DNA of 62,645 bases from Chitinophagaceae bacterium (GTDB lineage Bacteria > Bacteroidota > Bacteroidia > Chitinophagales > Chitinophagaceae), in contig CANFHO010000001.1 in NCBI GenBank assembly GCA_947447005.1, positions 1 to 62,645 on the forward strand, written 5' to 3'. Shown here one piece after another: positions 47,402-57,448 of this stretch; within the stretch, counting starts at the first letter, position 1, and every line of letters begins with the position of its first letter. The notes beneath the pieces were generated by a model. That model was not told the DNA's origin and did no database searches. It saw only the letters and a list, made by a program, of their open reading frames with translations. The position numbers and the translations under genes were made by a program.

Positions 47402-47409
47402 CAAAGCTA
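47402..47409 (-). promoter_or_regulatory. Bacteroidota -7 promoter element for ahcY
   Basis: TAGCTTTG on the minus strand, 18 nt before the ATG. Confidence 0.6.
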
Positions 47410-47433
47410 GAATTTATTGGCTAAAATGCCTAA

Positions 47434-47946
47434 TCAAAGCGGATTTTTGATTAAATCAAGCGACATGATATAGTCATCCAACAAATAAGGCCCAAACTCA
47501 ATCACCAAGGCCTGTTCAACCAGAAATCCCATATAGAGATAAAAATGATAAGCGGGGTTCCTTTTATGAACATTGAGCTCCAACTCTTTTGCTCCCAATG
47601 GTAAAATCTGGTTGATGATGTATTTAAGCACACCTTTTCCGAGTCCATTGCCATGTGTTTCTGGCTGCATATAAAGTTTGTGAAGTCGAAATCTATTGGG
47701 TTCTTCAGCAGATTTAATTGAATATGAAGCATATCCCACATTTTCGTCATTCCATTGAACGAGGATAAATTGGTGTTTTAAGTCCTCCATTTGGTTGGTC
47801 AGCGAATCATGACTATAAATTCGCTCCAGCATGTATTCAATTTGATCCAGGGTTACAACACTTGGATATACTTTCTTCCATATCTCATTGCTCAGTCGTT
47901 GGATCTCAGGAATATCTTCTATGGATGCTGTTTTAATATTCATCAT
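47434..47946 (-). CDS. GNAT family N-acetyltransferase
   Basis: Motifs LHKLYMQPETHGNGLGK (motif A), LNVHKRNPAYHFY. Confidence 0.88.
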   Translation of the reverse strand: MMNIKTASIEDIPEIQRLSNEIWKKVYPSVVTLDQIEYMLERIYSHDSLTNQMEDLKHQFILVQWNDENVGYASYSIKSAEEPNRFRLHKLYMQPETHGNGLGKGVLKYIINQILPLGAKELELNVHKRNPAYHFYLYMGFLVEQALVIEFGPYLLDDYIMSLDLIKNPL

Positions 47947-48661
47947 AGGTTGTGTTATTTTGATTCTGTTGCATGGATAGATTTAGATGCTCTTTTATGG
48001 CTTTATGAGACAAAAGGATACCTGTCATCAAGGAAATAAGAGCTCCAACAAAAAGCAACAATCCAGAAGTATATTGGAGCACCAATTGGTTTTCCTGCAG
48101 CATCAAAAAGAAGTCGTAACTGCCATGGAAAACAACCGCCCAGAAAATGCCAGTACGCATCAGTTGTTTTTCTTTTTCTGGTGAAAATCTGGCTTTCCCC
48201 ATAAAATAACCCAACATAATCGCAAAGGTGGCGTGTGCAGGAATAGCCATGAACATTCTGATGATTCCTGTGGTTACACCATATTGGTATACATAAAAGA
48301 TATTTTCAAGGGTTGCAAATCCCATACCAACCATCACCGCATAAACAATACCATCAAAGGGTTCATCAAATTCTGGCCTTCGGTATGCGTAATAACGAAG
48401 CATGTAAAACTTGCAAAGCTCTTCAACCAGCGCTACTAAAAAAAATGCTTTGATCCCTACTCCTTGAATGGTTTTAAAGAAGACATCGGATGCCCAATGA
48501 GTGAGTGCATTTTCAATCAACAATGCAGGAAAAATGGCAACAATGCCGAGAAGAAAACTAGTGATTAATTGCCTCCTAGGTTCTATATTATATTGATCCT
48601 TGAAAATGATGTAAAGTGATATGGCAATTCCTGGTGCTATTGCCAACACAAGCCAATTCAT
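47933..48661 (-). CDS. prsW: PrsW family intramembrane glutamic protease
   Basis: Motifs VEELCK, FDEPFDGIVYA, GFATLEN, PAHA, FHGSYDF; start MNWLV at 48661. Confidence 0.88.
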   Translation of the reverse strand: MNWLVLAIAPGIAISLYIIFKDQYNIEPRRQLITSFLLGIVAIFPALLIENALTHWASDVFFKTIQGVGIKAFFLVALVEELCKFYMLRYYAYRRPEFDEPFDGIVYAVMVGMGFATLENIFYVYQYGVTTGIIRMFMAIPAHATFAIMLGYFMGKARFSPEKEKQLMRTGIFWAVVFHGSYDFFLMLQENQLVLQYTSGLLLFVGALISLMTGILLSHKAIKEHLNLSMQQNQNNTTYDEY

Positions 48662-48743
48662 GAAAATAATTTCACACAAGGTAAAACAAATTCATTCTTT
48701 TGGATGATTGTTTTTAATTTTAGAGTACCCCAAAAATTACTAT

Positions 48744-50849
48744 ATGCCATTGAATAAATCATTGTTGTTATTGTTGTCCATTCCTTTCATTTTCGGCACT
48801 CCCAAAAAGCCAAGTGAATGGACTGAATATTTGGGCGGTCCGGATAGGAATCATTTTTCTTCTCTGAGTCAAATCAATATCCAAAATGTTAAACAGTTGC
48901 ATAAAGCCTGGGAGTTTCATACCAATGATAGCTCGGGTCAAATGCAATGCAATCCAATCATCGTTCATGGAGTATTATATGCTTCAACTGCATCCATTCA
49001 AATCATTGCATTGGATGCCGCAACAGGAAAGCAGTTATGGCGATATACAGATGCAAGTGAATCCGCATGGTACAGCACAAACCGCGGTGTTACATATTGG
49101 GAAAAAGGCAATGACAAGCGTATATTTTTTACTGCAGGAAATTGGTTGTATGCGCTGGATGCGACCACCGGTAAAAAGATCTCAACATTTGGAAAAGAGG
49201 GAAGAACAGATATTCGTCAAGGCTTGGGAAGTTTGTCCTCCAATAAATTCGTGATCTCTTCTACACCAGGTACCATTTTTGAAGATAAGATCATCATGCC
49301 ATTGAGACTTTCAGAAGGAGCTGATGCTGCTTTGGGGTTCATTCAAGCATTTAATGTTATTACAGGAAAATTAGACTGGGTATTCAAAACCATTCCATCG
49401 CCTGGAGAATATGGGTATAAAACCTGGGGGAAAGATAATTACTTGAACAAAAACGTAGGTGCTGCCAACAACTGGTCGGGCATGAGTATTGACAGGAAAA
49501 GAGCCATGTTGTTCGTTCCTACAGGATCTGCTGGTTTTGATTTTTACGGTGGGCTGCGAAAAGGACAAAACTTGTTTGCAAATACATTGTTGGCTTTGGA
49601 TGCAAGAAATGGTAAAAGAATATGGCATTATCAACTGGTGCATCATGATGTATGGGATAGGGATTTACCTGCTCCTCCCAATTTGGTAACGTTGAATATT
49701 CGTGGGAAAAAAGTAGATGCCGTAGCACAAATCACCAAGCAAGGATATGTATATGTATTTGAAAGGGAAACGGGTAAACCTGTTTTCCCCATTGATGAAA
49801 TAAAAGTAAATACACAGGGTCTTCCGGGTGAAACATTGTGGCCAACACAGCCCAGACCCCAAAAGCCACTTGCCTTTGCGCGTAATTATTTGAATGAAAA
49901 TGATATCAGTGCCATTGCACCCAACAGGGAAGAACTACAACGCATTTTCAGGTCTATTCGAAAAAATCCTTTTGATCCTCCTGCAAAGGAAGGAAGCTTG
50001 ATTTTTCCTGGTTTTGATGGTGGTGGAGAATGGGGCGGTGCATCCTTTGACCCTGAAACTGGATATTTATATGTGAATGCATGTGAGATGCCTTACATCC
50101 TCAAAATGGTGGATGCTCCCAAACAAAGTCAGTTAAACAACATGACTGATGGTGAAGTTGTTTACACCAAAAATTGCGTTACATGCCACCAACAAAATTT
50201 ACTTGGAAATCCCAAAAGCGGTTATCCTTCATTGGTAGATATTGGTCAACGAAAGGATAGGAAGTATATCTCTGATATTGTATCACATGGGAAGGGAATG
50301 ATGCCCGGATTCACGGCACTCACTTCAACTCAAAAAGAATCCGTTATTGATTTTGTGTTGAAGGTTGAAAAAAAACAAAAAACAAGTACCCATAAAAATG
50401 CTGATGCTGGTGAAACCTTTAATTATAACATGACAGGATATAATAAGTTTCTGGATTCTAATGGATATCCTGCCATCAATCCACCTTGGGGAACTTTGAC
50501 TGCCATCAATTTGAATACAGGTAATTTTGTATGGAGAAAAACATTGGGTGAATTCAAAGAGCTTACTGCAAAAGGAATTCCCCAAACAGGAACAGAGAAT
50601 TACGGAGGTGGTGTTGTTACTGCAGGTGGGCTATTTTTTATAGGGGCAACAAAAGATGAAATGTTCAGGGCTTTTAATAAACTGACCGGAGAACTTTTAT
50701 GGCAAACAGATCTTCCTGCTTCTGCTTTTGCTACACCAAGCACTTATGAAGTAAATGGAAAACAATTTGTCGTAATTGCTTGTGGTGGTACAAAACTCGG
50801 AACAAGAAAAGGAGATAGCTATCTGGCTTTTGCTTTGGAAGATAAATAA
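48744..50849 (+). CDS. PQQ-dependent glucose/quinate-type dehydrogenase with an internal cytochrome c
   Basis: Motifs QCNPII, ALDAATGKQLW, NRGVTYW, GAANNWSG, VHHDVWDRD, PPWGTLTAI, TGTENYGG, ATPSTY; CVTCH...GMMPGF inserted before the last blades. Confidence 0.88.
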   Translation: MPLNKSLLLLLSIPFIFGTPKKPSEWTEYLGGPDRNHFSSLSQINIQNVKQLHKAWEFHTNDSSGQMQCNPIIVHGVLYASTASIQIIALDAATGKQLWRYTDASESAWYSTNRGVTYWEKGNDKRIFFTAGNWLYALDATTGKKISTFGKEGRTDIRQGLGSLSSNKFVISSTPGTIFEDKIIMPLRLSEGADAALGFIQAFNVITGKLDWVFKTIPSPGEYGYKTWGKDNYLNKNVGAANNWSGMSIDRKRAMLFVPTGSAGFDFYGGLRKGQNLFANTLLALDARNGKRIWHYQLVHHDVWDRDLPAPPNLVTLNIRGKKVDAVAQITKQGYVYVFERETGKPVFPIDEIKVNTQGLPGETLWPTQPRPQKPLAFARNYLNENDISAIAPNREELQRIFRSIRKNPFDPPAKEGSLIFPGFDGGGEWGGASFDPETGYLYVNACEMPYILKMVDAPKQSQLNNMTDGEVVYTKNCVTCHQQNLLGNPKSGYPSLVDIGQRKDRKYISDIVSHGKGMMPGFTALTSTQKESVIDFVLKVEKKQKTSTHKNADAGETFNYNMTGYNKFLDSNGYPAINPPWGTLTAINLNTGNFVWRKTLGEFKELTAKGIPQTGTENYGGGVVTAGGLFFIGATKDEMFRAFNKLTGELLWQTDLPASAFATPSTYEVNGKQFVVIACGGTKLGTRKGDSYLAFALEDK

Positions 50850-50886
50850 AAAAGAGAAAAGCGAAAAGAGAAAAGCGAAAAGAGAG
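50849..50886. repeat. Heptamer tandem repeat GAAAAG(A/C)
   Basis: AAAAGAGAAAAGCGAAAAGAGAAAAGCGAAAAGAG directly after the stop codon. Confidence 0.8.
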
Positions 50887-50916
50887 GTTTAGAGGACGAA
50901 AGTAAAAAGTGAACCT

Positions 50917-53694
50917 ATGTTATTTAAAAATATTGGCATTGTTTTTTTATTTTGGTTGATTTCCTTCAAATCAATGTCACAGGAGTTTGGAGGAAACCCA
51001 TTTTCAACACATTGGAAACAGGTCAGGGGGAAGTCGGTGAAAGTGATTTATCCTGCAGGACTCGACTCCATTGCCATGCAAGTAGCTTTATCTACTGATG
51101 TAGTTGCACAACAGTACAATGGTTCTTTGGGGAAACACATAAAACCGATTCCTATTGTTTTACAGAATCAACCCATCATATCAAACGCATATGTTTCACT
51201 TGCCCCCTGGCGAAGTGAATTTTATTTGATGCCCCTGCAAGATGCATTGACACTGGGTTCTACTGATTGGATCAATAATCTGGTGGTACATGAAAACCGA
51301 CATGTACATCAGTATAATAATTTCAGAAAAGGTCTTTCCAAATTCATGTATTTGTTGGCAGGTCAGGAAGGACAAGCGCTCGCAAATGCAATGGCCATTC
51401 CTGATTGGTTTTTTGAAGGAGATGCAGTGTATCATGAAACAGAACTTCTTTCACAAGGTCGTGGCCGACTCCCTTCTTTTTATGATCCGTTTCGTTCATT
51501 GTGGATAGGAAATAAAAATTATGGTTTTCAAAAATTGCGAAATGGATCATTGAAAGATTTCATCCCCGATCATTATGCACTTGGGTACTTGCTTGTAGCA
51601 TATGGGAACAAAAAATATGGTGAAACATTTTGGGGAAAAGTGACTGATGATGCAGCCAGGTTCAAACATCCAATATATCCTTTTCAAGCAGCCATCAAAA
51701 GACAAACGAAAGAATCATATCATCAATTTGTATCCGACGCCATTAAGTCATTTAGAGATGAACTTAAAGATGAACACCAAACCGTTCTTGAAAAACCTCT
51801 TACACAACCCAATGTTCGATTGCTGAAAAATTACCAATACCCAGTTTTCATAGGAGAGGATTCTATTCTTGCTTTGAAGCAATCCAACAATGCCATTACA
51901 CAATGGGTAATCTTGAGTAAAGGACTAGAAACACCTTTAGCAACAAAAGAGATCAGTCTGGATGAACGATTTAATTTTCGTAATCATAGGATCATATATA
52001 CAGCTATCAATTTTGATCCGCGTTGGGGCTGGAAACAGTATAATAATATTCGTATACTTGATATAGATTCAAAACATTCAAAACAACTTACTCAAAATGC
52101 CCGATACTTTTCTCCAGATCTTTCACATGATGCCAAAAAAATTATTGCTGTTCATGTTGATCTGAAGATGAAGTCCAGCCTGCATTTGATGGATACGTCA
52201 GGTGTTTTGCTTGATTCTATTCAATCACCGATTGAATCCTTTTTTTCATACCCTGTTTTTTCGGATGATGATCAAAACGTGTTTGTCATCGAACGAAAAC
52301 CCAATGGAGATAACACTGTTGTGTGTTTTAATCTTTCAAATCATAGTGGAGAAGTTTTATTCCCATTTGTAAATGCCCCAATATCTTATTTGAGATGCAA
52401 AGGAGATGAATTGCTTTTTACCGTCAGTCAATCAGATAAAAATGAATTGATCTCATTCAACTTGAAACAGAAAAGATTTAATGTATTGTCCTCTGAAATC
52501 ACGAGTTCGAATGCCGGAGATATTTCCCCTGATCAAAAGCAAGTTGTGTATAGTCACCCCACATCAGAAGGAGAGCAATTATTTACAAAACCAATTGAAT
52601 TCATTGAAAGTATATTGAGTCTGCAGCCTATTCGATCAACAGAACTTACATCAGCTAAAGATTCAATGCACACTTTTTCGTTTGAAAAATATGGCAGGGC
52701 GTATAATTTGTTTAATTTTCACAGTTGGCGTCCAAGTTATTATACACCTGAATGGAGCATTTCTGCCTACGGACAAAACCTCTTAAATACACTTGAAACA
52801 GAAGTGCATTATGTGTACAATCAGAATGAAACCTCGCATAAAATTGGATTCAATATCGTCAGTAGCGCACATTATCCATGGATTTTGGTGGGAGCGGATC
52901 ATATAGCATCAAGATCTTTTAATCTCGCCACTAACATCATTAATTGGGATGAATGGAATGGCTACGCAGGGGTAAAGCTACCATTGAATTTTAGTGGAGG
53001 TAAATTTTATAGATTCTTGAATCTTTCGTCGCAGTTGAATGCATCTGATCTGAAATATGATCCTTTCAACATCCCGAAAATAAAAGATAGGTTTATCGCA
53101 CATATGCAGCAGGGTCTGAGCTATTCATTCTATAATCAAAAAGCTGTGCAACATATTTATCCTCATTGGGGTTGGATAGGAAATATAACCAATCGAACTG
53201 CTATTGGTAATACACATGCGAATCAATTTTTTATTTCAAATCAATTCTATTTGCCTGGCTTGGGAAAGAACCATTCTTTGATGCTTTCATTGACCTATCA
53301 GCAACGTGATACATTGAAGCAATATTATTTCACCAATAATTTTCCGATGGCAAGGGGGTACAGCGCTGTGGATTATCCTCGCATGTGGCGAACCAGTGTC
53401 AATTATCACATGCCTTTGATATATCCTGATTTGGGTATTGGAAACATTGTTTATTTCCTCCGCATTCGCAGCAATGTATACTATGATGCCATGTGGCAAA
53501 AAAGTTTGAGAACGGGAATTACAACATCAAAAAAAACAATAGGAGCGGAGCTTCATTTTGATACCAAATGGTGGAATCAACAACCTTTCAGCTTTGGTAT
53601 AAGATACAGTCGATTGCTGGATCGCGATGAAATGAATCCCCAAGGGCGGAACCGATGGGAATTCATTTTACCGATTGATATTTTGCCTCATTAG
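50917..53694 (+). CDS. Exported protein with gluzincin-like domain, TolB-like propeller and probable C-terminal beta-barrel
   Basis: Signal peptide; HENRH (HExxH) plus PDWFFEGDAV; RYFSPDLS and DISPDQK PD40-like repeats; aromatic amphipathic C-terminal strands. Confidence 0.6.
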   Translation: MLFKNIGIVFLFWLISFKSMSQEFGGNPFSTHWKQVRGKSVKVIYPAGLDSIAMQVALSTDVVAQQYNGSLGKHIKPIPIVLQNQPIISNAYVSLAPWRSEFYLMPLQDALTLGSTDWINNLVVHENRHVHQYNNFRKGLSKFMYLLAGQEGQALANAMAIPDWFFEGDAVYHETELLSQGRGRLPSFYDPFRSLWIGNKNYGFQKLRNGSLKDFIPDHYALGYLLVAYGNKKYGETFWGKVTDDAARFKHPIYPFQAAIKRQTKESYHQFVSDAIKSFRDELKDEHQTVLEKPLTQPNVRLLKNYQYPVFIGEDSILALKQSNNAITQWVILSKGLETPLATKEISLDERFNFRNHRIIYTAINFDPRWGWKQYNNIRILDIDSKHSKQLTQNARYFSPDLSHDAKKIIAVHVDLKMKSSLHLMDTSGVLLDSIQSPIESFFSYPVFSDDDQNVFVIERKPNGDNTVVCFNLSNHSGEVLFPFVNAPISYLRCKGDELLFTVSQSDKNELISFNLKQKRFNVLSSEITSSNAGDISPDQKQVVYSHPTSEGEQLFTKPIEFIESILSLQPIRSTELTSAKDSMHTFSFEKYGRAYNLFNFHSWRPSYYTPEWSISAYGQNLLNTLETEVHYVYNQNETSHKIGFNIVSSAHYPWILVGADHIASRSFNLATNIINWDEWNGYAGVKLPLNFSGGKFYRFLNLSSQLNASDLKYDPFNIPKIKDRFIAHMQQGLSYSFYNQKAVQHIYPHWGWIGNITNRTAIGNTHANQFFISNQFYLPGLGKNHSLMLSLTYQQRDTLKQYYFTNNFPMARGYSAVDYPRMWRTSVNYHMPLIYPDLGIGNIVYFLRIRSNVYYDAMWQKSLRTGITTSKKTIGAELHFDTKWWNQQPFSFGIRYSRLLDRDEMNPQGRNRWEFILPIDILPH

Positions 53695-56141
53695 AATTCT
53701 ACAATAAATCCAAAGCTAGGTGTGAAGAAGGCATCTGCATTTGGCAATATAAGTGGAATTGCATTGCTTCCGTCTGTTTTAACTGGCTGACCATCCGTTG
53801 TCATGAAGCTGGTATTGTCTGCATTCCTTTTGAATGTATACTGCGGAACACCGGCCGTTTTAGCAGCATACCAATTGGTTACATCCAAAAACAGATCAAA
53901 GCTGTATTTGCTGAAATTCCATTTTTTGTCGATGCGTATATCACTGGCATTGAATGCTGCAAGTCTCAACGTATTATACTTTGTATTGTCGTATGTACCT
54001 GTTCCCTGGGTGAGATAATTCAACTTCGACGCGGCCATGTCTAATGGCGTATACGGTGCAGCACCCTGGTATCTGAACTTCAAACCCAATTCCCAATTGC
54101 GTTTGAACTTATACCCCCAGGTAACAGCCAATAAATGTCTGTTATCCCAATTGGCGGGTATGAACTTGCCATTCAAATCAGAGAAGATAGAATGATAGAA
54201 TGTATAGGAAAGAATTCCAAAGAATCGCTTCGTTAATTTCTTCTGAACCAACAACTCGATACCATATGCTTTTCCTTTGCCTGTTTGCGTGATGGGCTCA
54301 TTGCCAATGCTTCCAAAATCACTGCCTTTGTTGGCGAGGCTTACACCATCCACATAACTCACAGGATAATGGTCGTAGTATTTGTAAAAGCCTTCAATTG
54401 TATATCTCAATGAATTGCTTGGCAAGTGTTCAATCCCTGCCACATAGTGTGTACTTCCAATATAATGTCCTGGGTTATTGATCAATACACCTCCTGCCAC
54501 TTTCGAAAATGCCAGTTGTGTGTAGGAGGGTAGTTTGTAATACTTGCCAATACTCGCATTCAGATTGGTTTTTTTATCAACTGCATAGCTAACTGAAAGT
54601 CGGGGTGAAAATTGTTTGAAAGGATTTGATTCACTGTTTTGTCTGTTGTTTGCATCTATCCTTGTTCCTGCGCTAAACGACATGCGCTCATTCATGATCT
54701 TCTTGCTGAATTGAACAAATGCGCCATATTTCAGGAAATTCAAATTTGTATTGCTTGAAATGGTGATGCCTGGTTGAATAACATTTCCACTTAGGTCTTT
54801 TATCGCCTTACGATATACATTGAAAAACGCATTGTCGAATTCAACATATTGCAGAGATGCGCCATAGCTGGTTTTCCATCCATTTTTGGTAATGCTGGCA
54901 TCGTATCTGAGTTTATTTTCTGTCTCTCGGCTATCCGTCAACAAGGTTTGTGTGGCTGCACTTGGATGATCATTGTCTTCATATTTATCAACATTGTTGT
55001 TGAGTGTATTTCTGCTCAATGCAAGATTCCAATAGCCATTATTCGTCAGTCTTCTCAAGCTGGCACCCACGGTGTAATTCCATTGGTTGATGAGAGGTGA
55101 AGAATTGATTACATATAGTTTCTCCGGACTCGCTTCTTTGGGTTTGGCGAAGCTGAATTCATCAATGGCACCTATTCCCAGAAAGCTCAAAGTTGTTTTA
55201 TCATCAATTTTTGTAGATGTCTTGAATTGATAATCCCAGTAATTGGGACGAATAGGCAGATCGATGGCTTGGAATAAGAATTGCAGATAACTTCGACGAA
55301 CAGAAGCCAGATAGGTTGTTTTTTTTGATAGAGGTCCATCAACTGTCAATGCGAAATCCGTGGCACTGAGGATAACATTGCCTTGAGATTTATAATTGTT
55401 CCCGGATTTTTGTTTGAATTGCAGCACACTGCTCAGGGTATTGTCGTAGCGGGCATCAAATGCACTGGTATTCACTTTCACTTCTTCAATAAAGTTGGCA
55501 TTCAAGATACCTTGAGGTCCACCACCACTGCCTTGCGTGCCAAAGTGGTTCAGCACTGGAATTTCGATCCCATCCAGATAATACACATTCTCACTAGGGG
55601 CACCACCACGGATAACGATATCATTTCGAAAGCCTCCGCCACCAACGCCGCCACCAACACCCGGTAATGATTGAATTACTTTGCTGATATCAAAGTTTCC
55701 ACCAGGATTGCGTTTGATCTCTTCCGTAGTCATTCTTTGCACACTTAAGGGAGATTCAAGGCTGGTGGCGCGTGCAGAGTTTCTCTTATTTTGAATGACG
55801 ATTTCAGCCAATCCCTTTGGGGCTGGTTCCATTTCAACTGATAAGGTCGTTTCATTTCCTGAAGTCAGTACAACATTATTGATTGTCTTTTTTTGAAAAC
55901 TGACACCTGTAAAAATGAAATTGTAGGATCCAGGTTTCAAATTGATTATTCTGAAAAAACCAGATGTATCAGAAATGATTGTTTTTCCTGTGCTTTCAAC
56001 CAATACATTGATACCAGGAGCAGGTTTTAAACTATTCTTGTCGATGATGTAACCACTCACCCTGGCCTGTGGGGTGTTTTGGGCAAGCGCATGAAAACTG
56101 ATCGTTAGAAAAAGAAATGAAAGGAGTGTTCTAAGATTCAT
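53691..56141 (-). CDS. TonB-dependent receptor with N-terminal carboxypeptidase-regulatory-like domain
   Basis: Start MNLRT (56141); plug motifs QSLPGV, IVIRGG, YYLDGIEIP, NHF; FSPRLS; C-terminal FGFIVEF. Confidence 0.9.
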   Translation of the reverse strand: MNLRTLLSFLFLTISFHALAQNTPQARVSGYIIDKNSLKPAPGINVLVESTGKTIISDTSGFFRIINLKPGSYNFIFTGVSFQKKTINNVVLTSGNETTLSVEMEPAPKGLAEIVIQNKRNSARATSLESPLSVQRMTTEEIKRNPGGNFDISKVIQSLPGVGGGVGGGGFRNDIVIRGGAPSENVYYLDGIEIPVLNHFGTQGSGGGPQGILNANFIEEVKVNTSAFDARYDNTLSSVLQFKQKSGNNYKSQGNVILSATDFALTVDGPLSKKTTYLASVRRSYLQFLFQAIDLPIRPNYWDYQFKTSTKIDDKTTLSFLGIGAIDEFSFAKPKEASPEKLYVINSSPLINQWNYTVGASLRRLTNNGYWNLALSRNTLNNNVDKYEDNDHPSAATQTLLTDSRETENKLRYDASITKNGWKTSYGASLQYVEFDNAFFNVYRKAIKDLSGNVIQPGITISSNTNLNFLKYGAFVQFSKKIMNERMSFSAGTRIDANNRQNSESNPFKQFSPRLSVSYAVDKKTNLNASIGKYYKLPSYTQLAFSKVAGGVLINNPGHYIGSTHYVAGIEHLPSNSLRYTIEGFYKYYDHYPVSYVDGVSLANKGSDFGSIGNEPITQTGKGKAYGIELLVQKKLTKRFFGILSYTFYHSIFSDLNGKFIPANWDNRHLLAVTWGYKFKRNWELGLKFRYQGAAPYTPLDMAASKLNYLTQGTGTYDNTKYNTLRLAAFNASDIRIDKKWNFSKYSFDLFLDVTNWYAAKTAGVPQYTFKRNADNTSFMTTDGQPVKTDGSNAIPLILPNADAFFTPSFGFIVEF

Positions 56142-56226
56142 GTTGTTAGTTATATGATATAAAAAAACCATCTTGTTGAAAGATGGTTCATTTATTTGCA
56201 AATATTTTTTAACAAATCGAAGTCGA

Positions 56227-56856
56227 TCAGTGCTTAATAACCAATTCATCGATAGGGCGACGTACTTTTTTTGCATTTACAAGGTAATCTGAGGCGGCAT
56301 CTCTATATCCCAATGCCAGGATGGCAACAGAAGCCAATCCTTTGTCAGGTAAACCAAGTACTTCATCAACACCAGCAGGGTTAAATCCTTCCATAGGAGT
56401 AGAATCTACTTCAGCAACAGCAGCGGCTGCGAGTCCAAATCCAAGTGCTAAATATGCTTGTTTTGTTGCCCAAGCGAACAGATTTTCCTGTGATGTATTG
56501 TTGATTTTGTTTTTTATCATTCCCGCAAATCCTTCAAGTGTCTCAACTTCAACATTTCTGGTGTTTGCAATCAATTGAATATATTCATCCACTTGTGTTT
56601 CAGAATAGTTTTTCCATGCTGCAAATATGATCAATGCTGATGATTCTTTGATTTGGGGTTGATTAAAACAAGCCGGAGAAAGTTTTTCTTTTAATTCCTG
56701 GTCTTCAACAAGAATAAGTGTATAGGGTGTAAAACCAAGTGAACTTGGTGCCAATTGAATAGCTTCCATAATGTCATTCAATTTTTCTACAGGGATCTTT
56801 TCTCCGTTCATTCTTTTAACGGCATATCTCCACTTTAACGCATTCAATAAATTCAT
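56227..56856 (-). CDS. Nitroreductase family NAD(P)H-dependent oxidoreductase
   Basis: Start MNLLNALKWRYAVK; motifs LAPSSLG, NQPQ, DSTPMEGF, LALGYRD, KKVRR. Confidence 0.92.
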   Translation of the reverse strand: MNLLNALKWRYAVKRMNGEKIPVEKLNDIMEAIQLAPSSLGFTPYTLILVEDQELKEKLSPACFNQPQIKESSALIIFAAWKNYSETQVDEYIQLIANTRNVEVETLEGFAGMIKNKINNTSQENLFAWATKQAYLALGFGLAAAAVAEVDSTPMEGFNPAGVDEVLGLPDKGLASVAILALGYRDAASDYLVNAKKVRRPIDELVIKH

Positions 56857-57059
56857 GATTTGATATTTTAATGTTCGAACATCGAAGTTAGTTATTATTT
56901 CATTCATTGCTTATGCCATTTCGTTTTATTATACTATAAAATTGAGTCATGTGAAAAAAACATTTTTTTGATGTTTTTTTCCCAGAGTGAAGGAGTGTAA
57001 AAACCATATTAAGATGTTAGTTTGCCCCTTAGAACCAATTTTCAAAACATTTTATCATC

Positions 57060-57281
57060 ATGAACAAAATTCACGTAGACATTTCATTGATTGAAGATTT
57101 ACAAAGAAAAGGGCACAATTTCACTGCTGCATATTTATTTCAATACATGCAAGATGAAGTTCAAAAGGGTAATACCGTTTTGTTAGTGAGAGCTACGTCA
57201 ACGGGAAAAATCGAAGAGGAATTTACCGACATTAAACCTATTCAGGATTACTTCTCCACTTTCATCACCAAGTTCCCCTAA
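57060..57281 (+). CDS. Small hypothetical protein (73 aa)
   Basis: Isolated ORF with ATG in an AT-rich context and natural amino-acid composition; no recognisable motif. Confidence 0.5.
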   Translation: MNKIHVDISLIEDLQRKGHNFTAAYLFQYMQDEVQKGNTVLLVRATSTGKIEEEFTDIKPIQDYFSTFITKFP

Positions 57282-57448
57282 TGATCAACATAATCAATCT
57301 TGCTTTTGATTTCATTGACTTTTTCAGAAGTACTGTAGTCTGGAATAGGTTATACTTTTGCTCGCCCCAAAAAAAGGATTTTAATCCCATTGCTTTCAGG
57401 CAACTTAATAAAATAAGTTTGTTGATTTTTCGCTCGAAAGAATTTTAC

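Noticed and set aside
47384-47433. SAH/SAM riboswitch upstream of ahcY
   Set aside because: The -7 promoter lies only 18 nt from the ATG, leaving no room, and no aptamer motif is present.
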